In this document: piece by piece, positions 54,519 through 64,000 of the stretch | Position numbering within the stretch: the stretch's first letter is position 1 | Layout: the number at the start of each line of letters is the position of its first letter | Source: an uncultured Gammaproteobacteria bacterium | GTDB lineage: Bacteria > Patescibacteriota > Microgenomatia > Levybacterales > UBA12049 | Direction of reading: 5' to 3' | Length of the DNA stretch: 64,000 nucleotides | Assembly: GCA_965230895.1 (NCBI GenBank) | Contig: OZ246394.1 | Span: 249,316 to 313,315, forward strand | The notes under the pieces: generated by a model | The model's database searches: none | Told to the model about the DNA's origin: nothing | What the model saw: only the letters and a program-made list of their open reading frames with translations | Position numbers and translations under genes: made by a program

Positions 54519-55643
54519 TTACATACCTTTTCCAATGATGTCTGCAATACTTTTAAATACTACTTCCATATCAGTTTGTTCTTTGACTGAAATAAATACT
54601 GGCTCATGATCGCTGTATTTTTCTTTGAGTGCTTCCTGGTCTAGGCCTTTTACTTTATCAATCTTGTTGAAAACGTATACCATGTGATCGTCTAAGTGAA
54701 TACCAATTTCATGAAGAATATTATTGACGACGTGGATCTTCTCTTCAAACTCTGGATCAGATACATCAATAACATGCAAAAGGACATCTGCGTGAATTGA
54801 TTCCATCAGCGTTGATTTAAAGGCCTGGATGAGTCTTGGAGGAAGATTTCTTATAAAACCAATCGTATCTGTAATTAAAACTTCCTTTTCAAGTTGCGGG
54901 ACGTAAACGTTACTTACACTACTATCGAGTGTGGCAAAGAGAGCATTCTTTTCCAACACGCCTTTATGTGTTAATAAATTAAACAATGAACTTTTTCCTG
55001 CGTTTGTATATCCAACGATCGAAACAGTTTGAAATCCAGCGCGTTTGCGCTGTTCGATTTGCGCATTTCGTGCTTCACTAATCTTATCCAATTTATCAGT
55101 TATTTCTTTGATCCCTTCTCTCCAGTGGCGTTTCATAAGTTCGGTATTGGTTTCTCCAACTCCAAGTGTTCCGATACCTCCACCTTGCTTTGAAAGAATT
55201 GCTCCCATACCATAAATCCTCGGTCCCATGTATCGCATCCGTGCTAACTCAATTTGTAGCTTTGCTTCAGTTGTCGTCGCATGTTTATCAAAGATCTGCA
55301 AAATAAGATCCATCCGATCCCAAACTTCAATCTGTGGATTTACTTCCTGAAATCGAGTTTTCAATGTATGGACTTGGCGAGGCTTTGCCATTGTATTTAG
55401 TACAACGACATCAATGTCATGTTCCTTAATCTTTTCTATAACTTCAAGCACTTTTCCTCGCCCGACAAAAGTTCCTTGATCAGGATGGTTGAGTTTCTGA
55501 ATAATTCTATCCGGTACTTCCCCACCCAATGTTTTGATCAATGATTCTAATTCTTCAGCAATACTGAGAGATCGTTCTTGGTTGGCTTGTGGGTTGATAA
55601 CATGGACTGGTAAAACACGTAATGTCTTTTCAAGTTCAATCAT
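54519..55643 (-). CDS. hflX: GTPase HflX
   Basis: EAKLQIELA, GVGET, GYTNAGKS, LFATLD, DTIGFI, NKID. Confidence 0.95.
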   Translation of the reverse strand: MIELEKTLRVLPVHVINPQANQERSLSIAEELESLIKTLGGEVPDRIIQKLNHPDQGTFVGRGKVLEVIEKIKEHDIDVVVLNTMAKPRQVHTLKTRFQEVNPQIEVWDRMDLILQIFDKHATTTEAKLQIELARMRYMGPRIYGMGAILSKQGGGIGTLGVGETNTELMKRHWREGIKEITDKLDKISEARNAQIEQRKRAGFQTVSIVGYTNAGKSSLFNLLTHKGVLEKNALFATLDSSVSNVYVPQLEKEVLITDTIGFIRNLPPRLIQAFKSTLMESIHADVLLHVIDVSDPEFEEKIHVVNNILHEIGIHLDDHMVYVFNKIDKVKGLDQEALKEKYSDHEPVFISVKEQTDMEVVFKSIADIIGKGM

Positions 55644-55746
55644 ATGTCGTCATTATAACGGAATGATCTCTATAAAGGAAATTACATCTAATTTATAATT
55701 TCTCTATGCATTGGAGAAAATTCTATGATGATGTTATAATGCCGCA

Positions 55747-56541
55747 ATGTCAAAAGAATCACGATTTATATCTCCTGAGATTCCAGGAAAATCCGTCGGA
55801 GTTTCAGCTTTTCTTGCTGAATTGCGACCTACTGGACTCGTCCTGCAGGGAGGATTGAACATCAATAGACAATATGTCGATGCTGAGGGAAGATCTTATC
55901 TTCATCGAGCACCGAAAGAACGAGGCGTAGTGGTCGATAGCATGTTATTTTCTTATCATACGATAGGTTTTACTGCCCATGGAGGTGCCTTTCGTTATTT
56001 AGATACAGCTGAACAACTCGATAAAATGGATTACATGCATAGATTAGGGCTTAAAACGATTGTTCCGATTGTTGCTGAGGGTGAGGAAATGGTTGTACCG
56101 TTTTTAGAAGGAGAAATGCTTCAGAAATATCTTCAGGGAGGAAAAACAAGAATACTTCCTGATGTTCTTGATCATATGGTACATGCACATGATCAAGGGG
56201 TTATCTTTGGTGATCGATGGACATCAAATACATTGGTCTCACCTGAAGAAGATTTTACGGAGATTGATTTTGATGTGGAGTTGACCGGTAAAAGTGCAAA
56301 AGAGTTTGAACTATCACAATTTCTTTATCACGCAATTCTCTTCTCTAAATCTCGCCCTCAAATGATAGGGTTACTAGATAATTATTTCTCGCAGCGTCGT
56401 AGAGAAACCAAATCTTATGACAAAACTACCATTGCGGCTTTCCTACAAGGGCATCTCGATGTGTACGATGGACAAGTGTATGATGGAAGTGTCAATAATA
56501 TTCGTGAGGAAGTCGAACAAGTTTCAGGTATACTTATATGA
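55747..56541 (+). CDS. Protein-kinase-like phosphotransferase
   Basis: HDQGVIFGDRWTSNTLV...EIDFD resembles catalytic and Mg-binding loops. Confidence 0.65.
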   Translation: MSKESRFISPEIPGKSVGVSAFLAELRPTGLVLQGGLNINRQYVDAEGRSYLHRAPKERGVVVDSMLFSYHTIGFTAHGGAFRYLDTAEQLDKMDYMHRLGLKTIVPIVAEGEEMVVPFLEGEMLQKYLQGGKTRILPDVLDHMVHAHDQGVIFGDRWTSNTLVSPEEDFTEIDFDVELTGKSAKEFELSQFLYHAILFSKSRPQMIGLLDNYFSQRRRETKSYDKTTIAAFLQGHLDVYDGQVYDGSVNNIREEVEQVSGILI

Positions 56542-57128
56542 TGGATATTTCCTCATATGTACAGAAACATAATAAAACGCATATAATTTTTGACTTTGAT
56601 GAAACGCTTGTACAATTGATTCTTCCTTGGGATTCTTGTCTTGACGATATCAAAAGTGAACTGATTAACCTTGATCCAGCAATCTACAATAAATGGGGTG
56701 ACGGGACTATCGTCCCGAGTTATCTCCAAAACCTCTATGTTGAAAAGTATGGTGAGTCATTACGGAAATTACTTAACGAGAATACATATCAATTTGAATC
56801 GACGAAATTACAAAAAGTTCTTTACAATGACCAGCTGCTTGAGTTCATACATAACAGAAATGATTTGCAATTTTATGTATGGTCTTCGAACGCGAAAGCA
56901 ACGATAAATAAAATATTAACAGAGCAAAATCTGTTGGGGAAATTTGAAAAGGTAATCACTCGTGAAGATGTTTTTCTGCTTAAACCGCACATTGATGGCT
57001 TTTCGTTAATTAACTCCAATCATGTTGCGAAAGAACAGTTCCTGTTTGTTGGAGATAGTAGCGCTGACGAAAACGCAGCTAAGAAATTAGGGATCGAATT
57101 TTATAGGATTGATTACTTTGCTCAATAA
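56538..57128 (+). CDS. HAD-family hydrolase
   Basis: FDFDETL, SSN, KP, VGDSSAD. Confidence 0.9.
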   Translation: MMDISSYVQKHNKTHIIFDFDETLVQLILPWDSCLDDIKSELINLDPAIYNKWGDGTIVPSYLQNLYVEKYGESLRKLLNENTYQFESTKLQKVLYNDQLLEFIHNRNDLQFYVWSSNAKATINKILTEQNLLGKFEKVITREDVFLLKPHIDGFSLINSNHVAKEQFLFVGDSSADENAAKKLGIEFYRIDYFAQ

Positions 57129-57154
57129 GATCCACAATTTGATATAATCTCATC

Positions 57155-58048
57155 ATGAAGCTTTTAACTACTCCTGGCTGGGAGGAATATCAATTACTGG
57201 ATACTGGTGAAGGAATGCGGCTTGAACAATTTGGAAAATATCGAATTGTTCGTCCTGATCCACAAGTAATCTGGAAACCACATCTGCCACAATCCGAATG
57301 GATGAAAGCTGATGCAATTTTTAATGTAAATGCCAAAGGTTGGGAAAATCGAACTAATGTCCCCAAGCGTTGGATGATGCATTATAAAGATTTGTCTTTC
57401 TGGGCAGAGCTTTCTCCTTTTAAACACACTGGTGTTTTTCCTGAACAATCATTGCAATGGGATTGGATGACAGAAGTTATGCAAAAAGGTGCCGTCGGAG
57501 ACGAGCCTCGCCAAAGGCGGGAAATGCGAAATAAAAAGATACTTAATCTTTTTGGTTATACAGGAATTGCAAGTTTGGTCGCGGCCAAGAATGGTGCGCA
57601 AGTAACACATGTGGACGCTTCTAAGCCAACAATCGGTTGGGCAAAACAAAACCAATCAGTGTCAAAGCTTGAAGACAAACCGATCCGATGGATTCTCGAT
57701 GATGCTGTGAAATTCGTTCAGCGTGAAATAAAGCGAGGAGTGAAATACGATGGTATTATCATGGATCCACCTGTGTACGGACACGGACCAAATGGTGAGA
57801 AATGGGAATTTACAGAGTCGTTCCCTCATTTGCTTTCACTGTGCAAGCAAATACTTGCAGACAAACCGCTTTTTGTTTTAATTAATGCCTATGCGATTTC
57901 TGCATCTTCGCTTATGCTTGAGAATGTGCTTAAAGATTTTGTGCCGACAGCCAAGCAAAATATTGAAGTTGGAGAATTGATTATAGAAGAAAAGGATTCA
58001 AATAGATTGCTATCTACAGGCATTTTCGGACGTTGGAGTTCAGTTTAA
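57155..58048 (+). CDS. SAM-dependent methyltransferase (RlmI-related)
   Basis: FKHTGVFPEQ, LNLFGYTG, HVDAS, IMDPP. Confidence 0.9.
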   Translation: MKLLTTPGWEEYQLLDTGEGMRLEQFGKYRIVRPDPQVIWKPHLPQSEWMKADAIFNVNAKGWENRTNVPKRWMMHYKDLSFWAELSPFKHTGVFPEQSLQWDWMTEVMQKGAVGDEPRQRREMRNKKILNLFGYTGIASLVAAKNGAQVTHVDASKPTIGWAKQNQSVSKLEDKPIRWILDDAVKFVQREIKRGVKYDGIIMDPPVYGHGPNGEKWEFTESFPHLLSLCKQILADKPLFVLINAYAISASSLMLENVLKDFVPTAKQNIEVGELIIEEKDSNRLLSTGIFGRWSSV

Positions 58049-58049
58049 T

Positions 58050-58264
58050 TTCTTTTTGTTCTTTGACCGCAATTCTTTTCTTGTGCTTTGTGCCGACAAA
58101 GTACCAAAGCTCTGCCTGTCGGCAGACAGGTCTTCGGCTAATCAGTACTCGTTAAAAATCATTTCTATTCCCGCTAAAGGACACGTTTCGCGATCGCTTC
58201 ACTTGCTGTCCTTTTTAACGCTTCATTCCAATGGTTTTCTTAACACTCCGTTCTGAGCGCCGAA
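58050..58264. repeat. MITE-like repeat with nested 20-bp palindrome
   Basis: Homologous blocks to 12468-12611; TCTGCCTGTCGGCAGACAGG at 58111-58130. Confidence 0.65.
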
Positions 58265-58285
58265 TCAATTAATTTATTAATATCA

Positions 58286-59344
58286 TTAATAACGTCGTTT
58301 TTTTGGTGGGGGTGGGGTTTTGTAGAGATTTTCTATTGGGAACTTTTTAAATTTCTCAGTTCTTTCAACAATTGGTTCCTTAAATTCTTCTAATGCATGA
58401 ACGCGTTGTTTCAATGTGTTGAGACTCTCGTCATCATAAATAGAGCATGTGATGACTTCCAAACCTTTCTTGAGGAAAAGCTTTTCAGATTTCTCAACTT
58501 GTCCAACTGCTGCAAGATCTGTTTTGGTAAGTAGGATAACTTCTTGCTTCTCTAAAAGTTTGCCACTATGTTGTTCAAATTCTTTTCGGACGATTGTATA
58601 TGTTTTCAAAGGATCAGGATCTGTTGAATCGATACAATGAAGGAGGATTTTTGTTTTCTCAATATGTTTTAGAAAAGCAATTCCTAAACCTTTCCCCTGC
58701 GATGCGCCTTCAATAAGTCCAGGAATATCTGCAATTGTATATTCATCAAGCATACCGATATTTGGTTCAAGCGTTGTAAAAGGATAGTTACCGATCTTTG
58801 GGGATGCATTTGTTAATGTCGCAAGTAAACTACTCTTCCCTGCATTTGGTAAACCAATTAATCCAATATCCGCAATCATCTTTAGCTCTAGTTTGAGCAT
58901 TTTTTCTTCGCCGGGTGTTCCATCTTCTGCATAATTTGGGGATTGGTTGATTGCTGTTTTGAATTCAGTATTACCACGTCCACCTTTCCCACCTTTTGCA
59001 AAGAGCACAGGTTTGCTGTCATTTCGAATCTCGTAGATTCTTCCAGTATCAATATCAGTAATATGTGTGCCAAGTGGAACTAGTATTGTTAAGTCTTCTG
59101 CATTTTTACCGAAGAGTTTCTGATTCTTCCCATTTGTTCCGTTTTGCGCTTCAACCTTTTTCTTAAATCGGAACTGTTTGAGATCATTTATATTTCGTGA
59201 ACCTTGGAAATAGACATTTCCTCCATTCCCACCATTTCCTCCATCAGGTCCACCTCGAGCGGTTAATCCATTGCGCAAAAAAGTTGCGGCGCCATTACCA
59301 CCGTCTCCTGCTTTGATTGTAAGTGTGACATTATCAACTAACAT
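58286..59344 (-). CDS. obg: GTPase Obg
   Basis: AGDGGNG, GGPDGGNGG, GLPNAGKS, YPFTT, DIPG; start revised to 59344. Confidence 0.96.
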   Translation of the reverse strand: MLVDNVTLTIKAGDGGNGAATFLRNGLTARGGPDGGNGGNGGNVYFQGSRNINDLKQFRFKKKVEAQNGTNGKNQKLFGKNAEDLTILVPLGTHITDIDTGRIYEIRNDSKPVLFAKGGKGGRGNTEFKTAINQSPNYAEDGTPGEEKMLKLELKMIADIGLIGLPNAGKSSLLATLTNASPKIGNYPFTTLEPNIGMLDEYTIADIPGLIEGASQGKGLGIAFLKHIEKTKILLHCIDSTDPDPLKTYTIVRKEFEQHSGKLLEKQEVILLTKTDLAAVGQVEKSEKLFLKKGLEVITCSIYDDESLNTLKQRVHALEEFKEPIVERTEKFKKFPIENLYKTPPPPKKRRY

Positions 59345-59442
59345 AAGTGTATTATACCTCACTTGAGGCAAAGAAGCGAAAAAAGAGAAAACAATAACCT
59401 CTACTTTTTGGTTTTATCCAAAGAAATAGAGGCTATTGCGAG

Positions 59443-59895
59443 TTATTTATAGTGAGATTTAATCTCAAATAATAAATACAAACCGATAAGTGCTCCGATA
59501 AGTCCGGAAACAAAGGACATAGCGACAATTGAACCTAGTAAACTAGCAATTTCGCTCCAGAAAAGAAATTCCCATCCTTTATGCTTTCTTGCGTTTAGTC
59601 CTGGATATGCGGCAAGCATAAGTCCAGATGAAACTAACCAAATGAGCGATGCGACAAAGCCGCTACCGTACGCAGACATACCTTCAGTTCCTCCCATTAC
59701 TGCAAATGGAGATGTCGCCGTAAGTAATCCAAGTCCACTAATTGCTCCAAATACACCGAGTATTCCGAAAAGCAATGCAATATAAGGCATAACTTTTACT
59801 AGAACATCTTGGGCGTTTTTCGGCAAATGTGGAAGTTTCGCAAAATGCGGTTCGAGGATTCCTACTAAATCGTTTGATTTGTGTTGATGACTCAT
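59443..59895 (-). CDS. Membrane protein
   Basis: LPHLP...PYIAL...; several TMs; SD-like AGGCGGTG. Confidence 0.75.
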   Translation of the reverse strand: MSHQHKSNDLVGILEPHFAKLPHLPKNAQDVLVKVMPYIALLFGILGVFGAISGLGLLTATSPFAVMGGTEGMSAYGSGFVASLIWLVSSGLMLAAYPGLNARKHKGWEFLFWSEIASLLGSIVAMSFVSGLIGALIGLYLLFEIKSHYK

Positions 59896-59996
59896 GATAT
59901 CACCGCCTTTCTTAGAGGGATGTTGTAGGTGTATTATCTCTAATCTCTTCTATTGAATGCAAGATATGAAATGAATAATATGCTATATTTATTTCC

Positions 59997-60584
59997 ATGA
60001 GTGAAAACGAGATGAAAAATACTGTTTACTTAGTTTCTTTTATCCTTTCACTTCTACAAGTCTTTTTTCCATCGTTTGTCCCTGATAATTTATCCAAAAC
60101 AGATCACCTCCCTACTCCGGCTCCGACAGCAGTTCTTGGGGAGCAAACTGCTGTTTCAAGCGAGTCAGCAAAAGTTATAAGAGTGGTTGATGGTGATACC
60201 ATTCGAGTTTCACTGAACAATCAGGAGAAAACGATCCGATTGATTGGGATAAATACACCTGAAACTGTTGATCCACGAAAAGAGGTAGAATGCTTTGGGA
60301 AAGAAGCTTCAGATAAAGCAAAAGAATTACTTTCAGGACAGGATATTTATCTTGAATCAGATGAATCACAAGGAAACACCGATAAGTACGATCGATTGCT
60401 TCGGTACGTGTGGTTGATGGACGGAAGATCGTTTAATAAACTGATGATTTCCCAAGGATATGCTTACGAATATACTTACGATTTACCTTACAAATATCAA
60501 GATGAATTTAAACGAGCACAAGCTCTTGCACAGGAATCGAAAGTCGGATTGTGGGCGGATACAACGTGTGGAAAAAGTTATTAG
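59997..60584 (+). CDS. Thermonuclease (SNase) family protein
   Basis: VVDGDTI, IRLIGINTPE, DKYDRLLRYV, GLW. Confidence 0.92.
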   Translation: MSENEMKNTVYLVSFILSLLQVFFPSFVPDNLSKTDHLPTPAPTAVLGEQTAVSSESAKVIRVVDGDTIRVSLNNQEKTIRLIGINTPETVDPRKEVECFGKEASDKAKELLSGQDIYLESDESQGNTDKYDRLLRYVWLMDGRSFNKLMISQGYAYEYTYDLPYKYQDEFKRAQALAQESKVGLWADTTCGKSY

Positions 60585-61273
60585 TCGATGTTTTCTTTTT
60601 TGAAGGTTTCTTTAATTTCACTAAAGCTTGTAGACTTCTTCTCCGGCTTTAACTCTTTCTTTGCTCGGATGTATTCAATAATTGGTGGAACAAGTGACAA
60701 TAAAATTATAAGGAAGATGGCTTTTTCAAAGTTGTCTTTGATAATTGGTAATGATCCGAGGAAATAACCTGCAACGGTAAGAGATGTGACCCAGATGAAT
60801 CCGCCAACGACATTGTAGTAAAGGAATGTTTTGTAGTCCATGCTTCCCATGCCTGCGACAAATGGTGCAAAGCTACGTACGATTGGAAGAAATCGTGCAA
60901 GAATGATCGTTTTTCCACCATGTTTTTCAAAGAACTCACGAGTTGTTTCAAGGTGTTGTCTGTTAAAGAGTTTTGAATTTTCTTTATTGAAGACTTTATG
61001 TCCAGTTTTGTTTCCAATCCAATAGTTAACTGAATCTCCAAGAATAGCTGCAACTAAAAGTGTGACATAGACAACCCAGAAATTGAGATATCCACTTCCT
61101 GCGAGACTTCCAACGACAAAAAGGAGCGAATCTCCTGGAAGAAAAGGTGTAACGACAAATCCAGTTTCAGCAAAGATAATTCCAAAAAGAAGGACGTATA
61201 CCCACGGTCCAAACATATTAATAAAGTTTGCGAGGTGCTCATCAAAGTGTAAAAGTAAATCAATTAATTCCAT
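60581..61273 (-). CDS. DedA family membrane protein
   Basis: FAETG...FLPGDSLLF, GDSVNYWIG, ARFLPIVRSFAPFVAG. Confidence 0.93.
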   Translation of the reverse strand: MELIDLLLHFDEHLANFINMFGPWVYVLLFGIIFAETGFVVTPFLPGDSLLFVVGSLAGSGYLNFWVVYVTLLVAAILGDSVNYWIGNKTGHKVFNKENSKLFNRQHLETTREFFEKHGGKTIILARFLPIVRSFAPFVAGMGSMDYKTFLYYNVVGGFIWVTSLTVAGYFLGSLPIIKDNFEKAIFLIILLSLVPPIIEYIRAKKELKPEKKSTSFSEIKETFKKENID

Positions 61274-61292
61274 AGCTCAAGTATAACACATT

Positions 61293-61318
61293 TGTCATCC
61301 TGAACTTGTTTCAGGATC
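61293..61318. repeat. REP-like palindrome
   Basis: TGTCATCCTGAACTTGTTTCAGGATC. Confidence 0.75.
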
Positions 61319-61335
61319 TCCAATTAAAAGTTTTT

Positions 61336-62166
61336 TTATATCTTTTGAAGTCGTTTTACCCTTTCTTCAACAGGAGGATGTGTAGACAATAATTTCATCA
61401 TTTGTCCGCCCAAACCACCAGCAGGATTTTCAATATAGAGTGATGACATTGCTGGGTTTACTTGCGCTGGTGCGCGTCGAGTTGAATCATGGATTGCCAA
61501 AAGCGCATTTGCTAAGGCCTTCCCACTTCCGATTGTTTTGGCACCAGTATGATCTGCACCAAATTCTCGTTGTCTTGAAATAGCCATTTGTACAAGCGAA
61601 GCTGCTATCGGGACAAGAATTGCAGCAGCTATAGCGATAATCGGATTTGGAGCTTCTTCATCTCCACTATGCGAACTAAAAAAGCTCATATTTGCTAAGA
61701 ATGAAATAACACTGGCAAGCACAGCTGCAACTGTAGCGACGAGGACATCACGATTCTTAACATGCGCAAGTTCATGAGCCAGAACTCCTCGGAGTTCATC
61801 TTTGGATAGAATTTCTAAGATACCTTCTGTTACCGCAACTGATGCATGACCTGGACCTCTACCTGTTGCAAACGCATTTGCTTGGCGATCTGGGGTGATG
61901 TAAAGATCTGGCATTGGAATATCAATTCTTTTTGAAAGATCTTCAATCATTGCATAAATTTCAGGATATTTTTTCTTATCAAGAGGGACAGCTCTGCTCA
62001 TCTTCAGCGCAAGCTTATCAGAGAAGAAATACATGCCACCATTCATGAGTAATGCAAAGCCAAAGGCCATGTACATAAATTGCTCACCGCCAAAAATTCG
62101 AGCCATTGTAATGATGAGGACACTGAGGACGCCAAGAAGAAATATAGTTTTAATCGTATTACCCAT
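61336..62166 (-). CDS. htpX: Zinc metalloprotease HtpX (M48)
   Basis: NAFATGR, HELAH, SRQREFGAD, STHPP. Confidence 0.93.
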   Translation of the reverse strand: MGNTIKTIFLLGVLSVLIITMARIFGGEQFMYMAFGFALLMNGGMYFFSDKLALKMSRAVPLDKKKYPEIYAMIEDLSKRIDIPMPDLYITPDRQANAFATGRGPGHASVAVTEGILEILSKDELRGVLAHELAHVKNRDVLVATVAAVLASVISFLANMSFFSSHSGDEEAPNPIIAIAAAILVPIAASLVQMAISRQREFGADHTGAKTIGSGKALANALLAIHDSTRRAPAQVNPAMSSLYIENPAGGLGGQMMKLLSTHPPVEERVKRLQKI

Positions 62167-62261
62167 AAACGTAGTATAACAATTTCATCGGTTTCAATCA
62201 AATGTGGTAGATTTCCCATTTAGCCCTGAAATTCTTAAGCTAATCTTGTATAATACTATGT

Positions 62262-63248
62262 ATGGATTTTGTTTCCGCTATATTAATTGTTATTGGATTA
62301 GTTCTTTTTGAAACTGTTAGTTCAATTGATAATGCTGTCATCAATGCTCAGGTTCTGGCCACAATGAGTGACAAGGCGAAGAAGTGGTTCCTTACATGGG
62401 GACTTCTTGTCGCAGTATTCCTGATGCGTGGTTTGCTTCCTTTCGCGATCATCTGGGCAGTCAATCCTGCACTTGGTCCGTGGGGTGCGATTACTGCAGC
62501 TTTCAGTGCCGACCCTGCTGTGAAAGAATCTGTTGAGCAATCCGCACCAGTGCTTCTTGCTGGTGGTGGTACGTTCCTCCTTTTCCTTTTCTTTCATTGG
62601 CTATTTATGGAACCAAAGCATTACGGTATTCGCGGAGAACGAACTTTTGAAAAGCTTGGTGTATGGTTTTATGCTGTTGTTTCTATCCTTTTGGCAGCAA
62701 TTGTATGGTACTCCTTACAGATTGATCCAATGATGGCATTTGGTGCAGTAGTCGGATCTACAGCGTTCTTTATCACACATGGATTTAAAGAAAACGCCGA
62801 AAAGGCGGAGGCGGATTTACTCAATGATAGTGGCAAATCTGATATGAGTAAGATTCTTTATCTTGAAGCGATTGATGCGACATTCTCAATTGATGGTGTC
62901 CTTGGTGCATTTGCTTTCACTTTGTCGGTGCCGTTAATTCTTTTGGGTAATGGTATTGGAGCATTTGTTGTCCGGGAAGCGACGATTAAGGGTATCAATA
63001 CTATTAAAAAATATATTTATCTCAAGAACGGTGCTATGTATTCTGTGTTCTTCCTTGGATGTGTCATGCTTTATGATAGTTTCGGACACCACTTGCCAGA
63101 ATGGTTAACTCCAGTTGCTACGATTATCATCATTTCATACTTCTTTGTTAAATCTCGAAACGAATGGAAGAAAGATCCTGCAAAGATTGCTGCGCTGACT
63201 GGTGCAGAGATGCATCCTCAAAAAAAAGCAAAAAGTAAGAAAAAGTAA
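62262..63248 (+). CDS. DUF475/TerC-like membrane protein
   Basis: SIDNAVINA, LEAIDATFSIDGV, YLKNGA. Confidence 0.85.
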   Translation: MDFVSAILIVIGLVLFETVSSIDNAVINAQVLATMSDKAKKWFLTWGLLVAVFLMRGLLPFAIIWAVNPALGPWGAITAAFSADPAVKESVEQSAPVLLAGGGTFLLFLFFHWLFMEPKHYGIRGERTFEKLGVWFYAVVSILLAAIVWYSLQIDPMMAFGAVVGSTAFFITHGFKENAEKAEADLLNDSGKSDMSKILYLEAIDATFSIDGVLGAFAFTLSVPLILLGNGIGAFVVREATIKGINTIKKYIYLKNGAMYSVFFLGCVMLYDSFGHHLPEWLTPVATIIIISYFFVKSRNEWKKDPAKIAALTGAEMHPQKKAKSKKK

Positions 63249-63268
63249 TTTTCAACAAAAGGATATGG

Positions 63269-63294
63269 GATGCTGAAACAAGTTCAGCATGACA
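63269..63294. repeat. REP-like palindrome
   Basis: GATGCTGAAACAAGTTCAGCATGACA. Confidence 0.75.
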
Positions 63295-63301
63295 AATTAA
63301 T

Positions 63302-63808
63302 TTAGCCGTATTTTTCTTGGTGCTTCTTTTTTAGTTCTTTGTATTCTTGGTCTTCTCGTGCAAGGAGGTATTTCTCATAGAAAATTCTTGCTGATTGTGC
63401 TTTCTCACTATCTTTCCAATCTAATTCCTGGGGATTTATTTTGGTTCGTGCTATCTTTTCTTTTTCGGCAGTTTTTTCTAACTGAGGGTTGGATTCATAT
63501 TTTCGGCCGGTTTTATGGTTTGCATATCTTCTCGAACGAGTATAGCCCATTTGAAGGAACTTCCTTGCCATGTCCATCCCGACAAAATCATTTTGCTTTT
63601 TATATTCTAAAAACATGTTGTAAATTGTTTCAGAGGACTTTTTTGCAATATCGGGAGTTTTAAATCTCCAATGCTGAACAAGCTCAGACTTATATGGTTC
63701 CACAAGTAAAACTCCTTGTTCGCCTATTCCGACTTGATATAAATGAGGATTCTTTCGAAAGTCTATATTCTTAAAGTCTTTTGTATAATCAAACTTTGGC
63801 TTTGGCAT
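63302..63808 (-). CDS. DUF4385-like protein
   Basis: GEQGVLLVEPYKS...WRFKTP...DFVGMDMARKFLQMG.TRSRRYANH. Confidence 0.85.
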   Translation of the reverse strand: MPKPKFDYTKDFKNIDFRKNPHLYQVGIGEQGVLLVEPYKSELVQHWRFKTPDIAKKSSETIYNMFLEYKKQNDFVGMDMARKFLQMGYTRSRRYANHKTGRKYESNPQLEKTAEKEKIARTKINPQELDWKDSEKAQSARIFYEKYLLAREDQEYKELKKKHQEKYG

Positions 63809-64000
63809 CGAGGTTCTTTTCTCCTTCTCGCATCATCACTTTCAAAAGGACTACAACTTCGTTTTCACTGGTATTCAGTCCACTGATCTTTCTCAAGTCG
63901 TCTTCCTTTAGTTTATCTTTGAGATTTGAAATAACGTAGCCGTTTGTATATGCTTCGAAAATAGTTGGATGGATGTAATATTTTCTACAAGTTGCTGGTT
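63789..64000 (-). CDS. Type IB DNA topoisomerase, C-terminal fragment
   Basis: Manual translation PATCRKYYIHPTIFEAY..., matching the bacterial TopIB catalytic Tyr motif; gene starts beyond window. Confidence 0.8.
   Translation of the reverse strand, partial: PATCRKYYIHPTIFEAYTNGYVISNLKDKLKEDDLRKISGLNTSENEVVVLLKVMMREGEKNLDAKAKV

Noticed and set aside
1-64000. TGA recoding (genetic code 25) as in Gracilibacteria/Absconditabacteria
   Set aside because: Conserved genes are full length under the standard code and several end at TGA.

Overview
Bacterial chromosome segment using the standard genetic code. Streamlined proteins (trigger factor without PPIase, PheT without B2, polymerase-only PolA) and DUF5660/DUF5665-like ORFs suggest Patescibacteria/CPR, Microgenomates-like (inference). 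The backbone carries thrS-infC-rpmI-rplT, a Phe pathway with pheST, tig, polA, greA, hflX, obg, htpX, the 3' end of a type IB topoisomerase, seven canonical tRNAs and many small palindromic repeats. An AT-rich island (about 21.05-39.1 kb) starts at tRNA-Leu(GAG) and holds two large serine recombinases, one with a nonsense codon. Its core is the best candidate for an undescribed system: a non-canonical tRNA-Asn-like gene (A33, U37, weak T-stem), an AsnRS paralog with a rewired amino-acid pocket, a GNAT lacking the CoA loop, a PLP aminotransferase, NUDIX, an HxGH nucleotidyltransferase, a sulfotransferase, PAPS synthase and a pAp phosphatase, i.e. a putative tRNA-dependent sulfation/aminoacylation pathway. 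Other highlights: three unannotated leader-peptide attenuators (YFWFYF before the Phe operon; hydrophobic leaders before an ATP-grasp ligase and an M20 peptidase), an mshC/histidine-phosphatase/mshA mycothiol-like cluster, a LysM-Rpf protein, and pervasive leaderless gene starts. All family calls come from reading motifs by eye; no database searches were run.
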